Positions 50,490 to 54,152 of a stretch of DNA of 54,152 bases are shown in pieces. Numbering within the stretch: position 1 is the first letter of the stretch; every line of letters begins with the position of its first letter. The notes under the pieces were generated by a model, which saw only the letters and a program-made list of their open reading frames with translations, was not told the origin of the DNA and made no database searches. The DNA comes from Deltaproteobacteria bacterium (GTDB lineage: Bacteria > Desulfobacterota > BSN033 > UBA1163): contig JBBITW010000004.1 of the NCBI GenBank assembly GCA_037440525.1, forward strand, positions 1 to 54,152, read 5' to 3'. The position numbers were made by a program, and so were the translations under genes.

Positions 50490-51980
50490 ATGGCAATTTT
50501 AGAAGAACCGATAAAAGAGGTATTGGAACTTAAAAATTATATCAATGGAGAATGGGTGGAGTCTAAATCGAAAGATTGGTGGGATGTTAAGAACCCTGCT
50601 ACTCAGAAACTCTTAGCCAGAGTTCCAATGTCAACCAAAGAGGAGGTCCTCTCAGCCATCAAAGCGGCTAAAGAGGCATTCCCTGAATGGCGTAGAACAC
50701 CGCCCCTTTCGAGGGCAAGGTGTCTTTTTAGATTAAAAGAGCTACTGGAGAAAAATTTTGAGCGACTTAGTAGAATTCAAACCATGGAGCATGGAAAGAC
50801 AATTGACGAATCAAGAGGAGAAACAAGGCGTGGAATCGAGATGGTGGAGGTCGCAACAGGGATCCCTTCTCTTATGATGGGATATAACCTTGAAGATATT
50901 GCCTCAGGGATAGATGAATATGTCATATACCAACCTTTAGGTATATTTGTCAATCTTGCTCCTTTCAATTTTCCATTCATGGTCCCCCTCTGGTATTCAC
51001 CATTTGCTCTGGCAACAGGAAATACTTTTATTGTGAAACCCTCTCCAAGAGATCCAATAAGCCAGGTAATGCTTGCAGAACTTATTGATGAGGCTGGTTT
51101 TCCTCCTGGAGTCTATAATGTAGTCCATGGTGGGGCAGAGGTTGCTCAAGTTCTCATGGAGCATCCAGATATAAAAGGTATTACATTTGTTGGAACTACA
51201 GCAATAGGTAAAGAGGTTTATAGGAAGTGCGGTGAGACTTGTAAGAGGGCTATCGTCCAGGTGAGTGCAAAGAATTTCTTACTCGTGATTCCAGATGCGG
51301 ATATCAATGCAACGATTGCTGCCCTGCTTACCTCCTTCTTTGGAAATACGGGTCAGCGATGCCTTTCAGGAGCAAATCTGGTCATTGTAGGGGATGATGA
51401 TCACTTTTATAAAGATTTCTTAAATGCCTTTGTTGAGGCGACATCCAAGATTCGTGTCGGTTATGGGCTTGATGAGACAGTTCAGGTCGGACCGATGCAA
51501 TCCATTGATGGGAAACAAAGGGTATTAAAATATATTGATATAGGAATTAAAGAGCAGGCCAAATTGATACTTGACGGAAGAAAACCAGCAATTGCTGGGG
51601 ATTATCCTGATACCTGCTTCATCAATCCAACAATATTTGAGGATGTAACTCCAGATATGACCATAGCAAGGGAAGAGATCTTTGGGCCGGTTGCGAGCGT
51701 GATGAGGGCGAAGGACCTTGATGAGGCAATCTCATGGATCAACAAAAGTAACTACGGAAATGCAGCTTCAATATTTACTTCAAATGGGAAATATGCCAGA
51801 GAATTCCAATATAGGGTTGAATGTGGTAATATCGGGATCAATATCGGAATCGTGGCCCCAATGGCCTTTTTCCCATTTGGGGGGATGAAGGATTCGTTTT
51901 ATGGAGTTTTACACGGACAGGGCAGGGATGCAATCCGTTTCTTCACCGAAAGTAAAGTTGTGATCCAGAGATGGTTTTAG
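50490..51980 (+). CDS. mmsA: CoA-acylating methylmalonate/malonate-semialdehyde dehydrogenase
   Basis: 496 aa ALDH with the N-terminal NYINGEWVES, the catalytic Cys context GNTGQRCLS, and EEIFGPV. Length and motifs fit the MMSDH subfamily. Confidence 0.82.
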   Translation: MAILEEPIKEVLELKNYINGEWVESKSKDWWDVKNPATQKLLARVPMSTKEEVLSAIKAAKEAFPEWRRTPPLSRARCLFRLKELLEKNFERLSRIQTMEHGKTIDESRGETRRGIEMVEVATGIPSLMMGYNLEDIASGIDEYVIYQPLGIFVNLAPFNFPFMVPLWYSPFALATGNTFIVKPSPRDPISQVMLAELIDEAGFPPGVYNVVHGGAEVAQVLMEHPDIKGITFVGTTAIGKEVYRKCGETCKRAIVQVSAKNFLLVIPDADINATIAALLTSFFGNTGQRCLSGANLVIVGDDDHFYKDFLNAFVEATSKIRVGYGLDETVQVGPMQSIDGKQRVLKYIDIGIKEQAKLILDGRKPAIAGDYPDTCFINPTIFEDVTPDMTIAREEIFGPVASVMRAKDLDEAISWINKSNYGNAASIFTSNGKYAREFQYRVECGNIGINIGIVAPMAFFPFGGMKDSFYGVLHGQGRDAIRFFTESKVVIQRWF

Positions 51981-52010
51981 AGAAAGGCTCGGATAATTAT
52001 TAGAGGGTAA

Positions 52011-52463
52011 ATGATAATGGAAATCAATACTTGTTCAGGTGCGATCAGCTTTGCAAAGGAGTTAGAAAATGAGTCGGGGAAGTTCTATAAAAACCTGGCA
52101 GGGAGACTTAAAAAAAGCAGGGAGCTATTTCTATCTTTCGCTGAAGAGAATGAAGGTTATATCAATCAAATTGAGAGAGCATATTATGGTGTGATCACAG
52201 ATGCTATCGAAGGTTGCTTTGCCTTTAATATGAATTCAGAAGAATATTTGTTAAAATTAAATTTAGAAGAGAACAAAACCTATTCTGATTTGATAGGAAT
52301 GGCAATAGAGATCGAAGAAAAGATAATAAAATTTTATTCCGATGCGGCAGAGCAATCAAAGTCACTAATGGCTGACATTCCGAGGGCTTTTAAAATGGTG
52401 GCCAAAAAGAGGGAGAAGCGATTATCAACCCTGAAATCTCTCAGGGATTCCAATTCCACCTAA
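52011..52463 (+). CDS. hypothetical helical protein, weakly ferritin-like
   Basis: 150 aa, Glu-rich helices (ELENES, AEENEG, IEIEEK) but no ExxH histidines. It starts 30 nt after mmsA. Confidence 0.5.
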   Translation: MIMEINTCSGAISFAKELENESGKFYKNLAGRLKKSRELFLSFAEENEGYINQIERAYYGVITDAIEGCFAFNMNSEEYLLKLNLEENKTYSDLIGMAIEIEEKIIKFYSDAAEQSKSLMADIPRAFKMVAKKREKRLSTLKSLRDSNST

Positions 52464-52610
52464 AAAATTTTGGTATTTCAAAAATAGATTCTTTTTTTCT
52501 AATCATTTCTCCCCAAGACATTCTCAATGTTGAATACTATGAACTTCAAGGAGAATATTATTTTACAGATGATATTGAAAAGGCACTCAATTTCCTCTCA
52601 ATCCATCCTT

Positions 52611-52985
52611 TTAAGGAATTTTCTCTATAAAATTCTTTGCTGACTTGAGAGCATCTCTTACAACAACTGTATCTTGTAAAAGCCCTTTATAATACCCAGC
52701 AATATGCAACAATCTATAAAGTTTATCAAATTCTCTTAAAAGTTTATCGTCATGTATCAAAAGGTATTTCCGTATCATTTCCCTATATCCGTCCACAGAG
52801 TGGGGCAATTTTTTTTCATCTATCCCTTTCTTTAGGAAGTAGATGTCAAGGGCTTTTAGTATCGCTAAATAGGCGGTACCAAAGGCTTCACGGACGGGTT
52901 TAATATCGAGGAAAGTATTATCTTCCACAGGAACAGATTTTAATATCTCTCTCGCATTTTCTAAATATCTCAACGCTTCTTTCAT
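52611..52985 (-). CDS. DUF5618-like small helical protein
   Basis: 124 aa. The pattern A.RYLENA..IL...D.K.V..A.G.AYLAILKALD...Y......D.KL...F...Y..LHI.GYY.G matches what I recall of DUF5618. This is unverified. Confidence 0.5.
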   Translation of the reverse strand: MKEALRYLENAREILKSVPVEDNTFLDIKPVREAFGTAYLAILKALDIYFLKKGIDEKKLPHSVDGYREMIRKYLLIHDDKLLREFDKLYRLLHIAGYYKGLLQDTVVVRDALKSAKNFIEKIP

Positions 52986-53079
52986 TTAAAATTCTCCAAT
53001 TAAGCATCAAAAACATTTTAAATGATTTATTAATATTTTTCAAAAAGTTTTCGGAATCAAAATCTCGATTTAAAAAGTT

Positions 53080-53150
53080 GTCGTTGCGCTGGAAACAAAG
53101 GAATCTCGCCTTTTTTGATGAGATTGCCACAGTCGATGCGCCCTCATGAT
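53080..53150 (+). repeat. variant of the gtcgttgcg...gcaatc module of repeat family 1
   Basis: It has gtcgttgcg (53080-53088), and ggaatctc pairs with gagattgcc. It lies between hepT and the DUF5618-like gene. Confidence 0.4.
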
Positions 53151-53162
53151 GACTGAGGTGGG

Positions 53163-53615
53163 TTATGAGTTAATCTGGTTTTTCGTCCATCTAACCAGTT
53201 TTTCTGCAAGTAACTTGATTTCATCAAGATGATTAAGGCATATCTCGTGAAGCTCTTCAGGAGTAATCTCATGGTAGAAATGACCCATTCTATTTCGATA
53301 ACCTGCCATCTTTCTCATTAGTTCTGTTTCATCTTCACCAAAGACCTTTTTATCATAAAGACCTTTTGCTATTTCTTTATATTCAGTGGCTGGGTAAGCA
53401 AATCCCTTAGCAAGAATATGTCTTCCTATGTCAAACAGAGCCTCCAAAGCCCGTCTCAAATATGATTCTGCCGCAGCAATCTTATGTCTTTCTTTTAAAA
53501 AGGTGGCCTTATCTTCCATATTAAGATCTCTAAGAGAATCTATCATCTGAGATATCCAGAAGACACGTTCTGCTATAACCTTCGAATTTAAATCTCCAGG
53601 AGTCATATTATTCAC
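53163..53615 (-). CDS. hepT: HepT (DUF86, HEPN-domain) type II/VII toxin
   Basis: 150 aa with the Rx4H HEPN motif in GYRNRMGHFY. It overlaps the upstream nucleotidyltransferase gene by 8 nt. Confidence 0.88.
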   Translation of the reverse strand: MNNMTPGDLNSKVIAERVFWISQMIDSLRDLNMEDKATFLKERHKIAAAESYLRRALEALFDIGRHILAKGFAYPATEYKEIAKGLYDKKVFGEDETELMRKMAGYRNRMGHFYHEITPEELHEICLNHLDEIKLLAEKLVRWTKNQINS

Positions 53616-54021
53616 CGAGGAGCATTCTCTGTTTCATCCGTTCATAGGGAAGGAGCTCTGAAGCCATTCTCATAATATAGAGTTGATACTCTGCTTCATA
53701 AGTAAAATCTTCGACATATATAATTTCTCCCATAACAATATCAAGAGCTAAAAACACAGGAGCATCTGAGAGAACTACAATATCCACTCGAGAAACATCA
53801 AAAAGTTCCTCAAAAAGGATGGCAATATTCACTTTCTCATCAACAGTAAGGTAATTTTTTGTTTTGATACCTATATCCAAATCTGATGGTCTATGGGAAA
53901 ACCGCTCGATTCGCCCTTCAACTAAATCGAGTGCCTCTTTTGCCCTGCTCCCAAATGCATAAATAATCTGGATGTTGTATTTAATAGCGATCTTCCTTAT
54001 CTCTTCTTTTATTTTCTTCAT
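53608..54021 (-). CDS. mntA: MntA minimal nucleotidyltransferase antitoxin
   Basis: It has the GS...DxD pattern (AFGSRAKE...SDLDIGI). I prefer the ATG at 54021. The track ORF extends to 54078. Confidence 0.85.
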   Translation of the reverse strand: MKKIKEEIRKIAIKYNIQIIYAFGSRAKEALDLVEGRIERFSHRPSDLDIGIKTKNYLTVDEKVNIAILFEELFDVSRVDIVVLSDAPVFLALDIVMGEIIYVEDFTYEAEYQLYIMRMASELLPYERMKQRMLLGE

Positions 54022-54152
54022 CTCTTTTTCTCTTCTAAAAGAGTATAAAAATTTTATCATCCAAAAGGTTTTTGTCAAATATTTTTTATGAGACTTTTGA
54101 AAGTGAAGACGGCTAATTTTTTAAGATGATATCAAATCTAATAATTGCTTTA

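Overview
AT-rich bacterial chromosomal segment around the replication-origin neighbourhood. I cannot assign a lineage from sequence alone. Ten genes at 1.1-10.8 kb all run on the minus strand: BKACE/kce-like, aconitase, MBL hydrolase, B12-type radical SAM, mnmE, jag, yidC, yidD, rnpA, rpmH. Twenty-two genes at 11.0-37.1 kb all run on the plus strand: gyrA, dnaA, dnaN, gyrB, coaE, rho, rpmE, prfA, prmC, murA, hisD-hisB-hisH, kdsA, tal, a lipoprotein-like ORF, hisA-hisF, pgpA, cinA/pncC-like, a SWIM-SNF2 helicase, dapA-like. This divergence fits an origin near 10.8-15.3 kb: there is one perfect DnaA box upstream of dnaA and a very AT-rich dnaA-dnaN spacer. From 37 kb the content is more accessory. 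It holds a 668-bp non-coding gap with a sigma54-like promoter, a BioY-ECF biotin transporter, a ferritin-like gene, and a BglII-like type II restriction-modification pair. It also holds a TIGR04076-like small Cys-rich protein preceded by a TGA-interrupted mini-ORF. Further on come a GntR / HAAT-type ABC transporter / Fe-ADH / methylmalonate-semialdehyde dehydrogenase cluster, a DUF5618-like gene and a HepT/MntA toxin-antitoxin pair. The extreme 5' end looks like the edge of an integron cassette array, with two attC-like sites bracketing a self-promoted BrnT/BrnA cassette. Two families of short GC-rich palindromic repeats are scattered through the intergenic regions, and one copy sits in frame inside dnaN. 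I recognised no rRNA, tRNA, CRISPR array, transposase, integrase or phage gene. I do not see a convincing multi-gene novel defence system. The best leads are the mnmE-coupled B12-radical-SAM/MBL pair, the integron edge, the repeat inside dnaN, and the TGA-interrupted ORF/TIGR04076 operon. All functional calls rest on motif recognition by eye and need homology searches to confirm.
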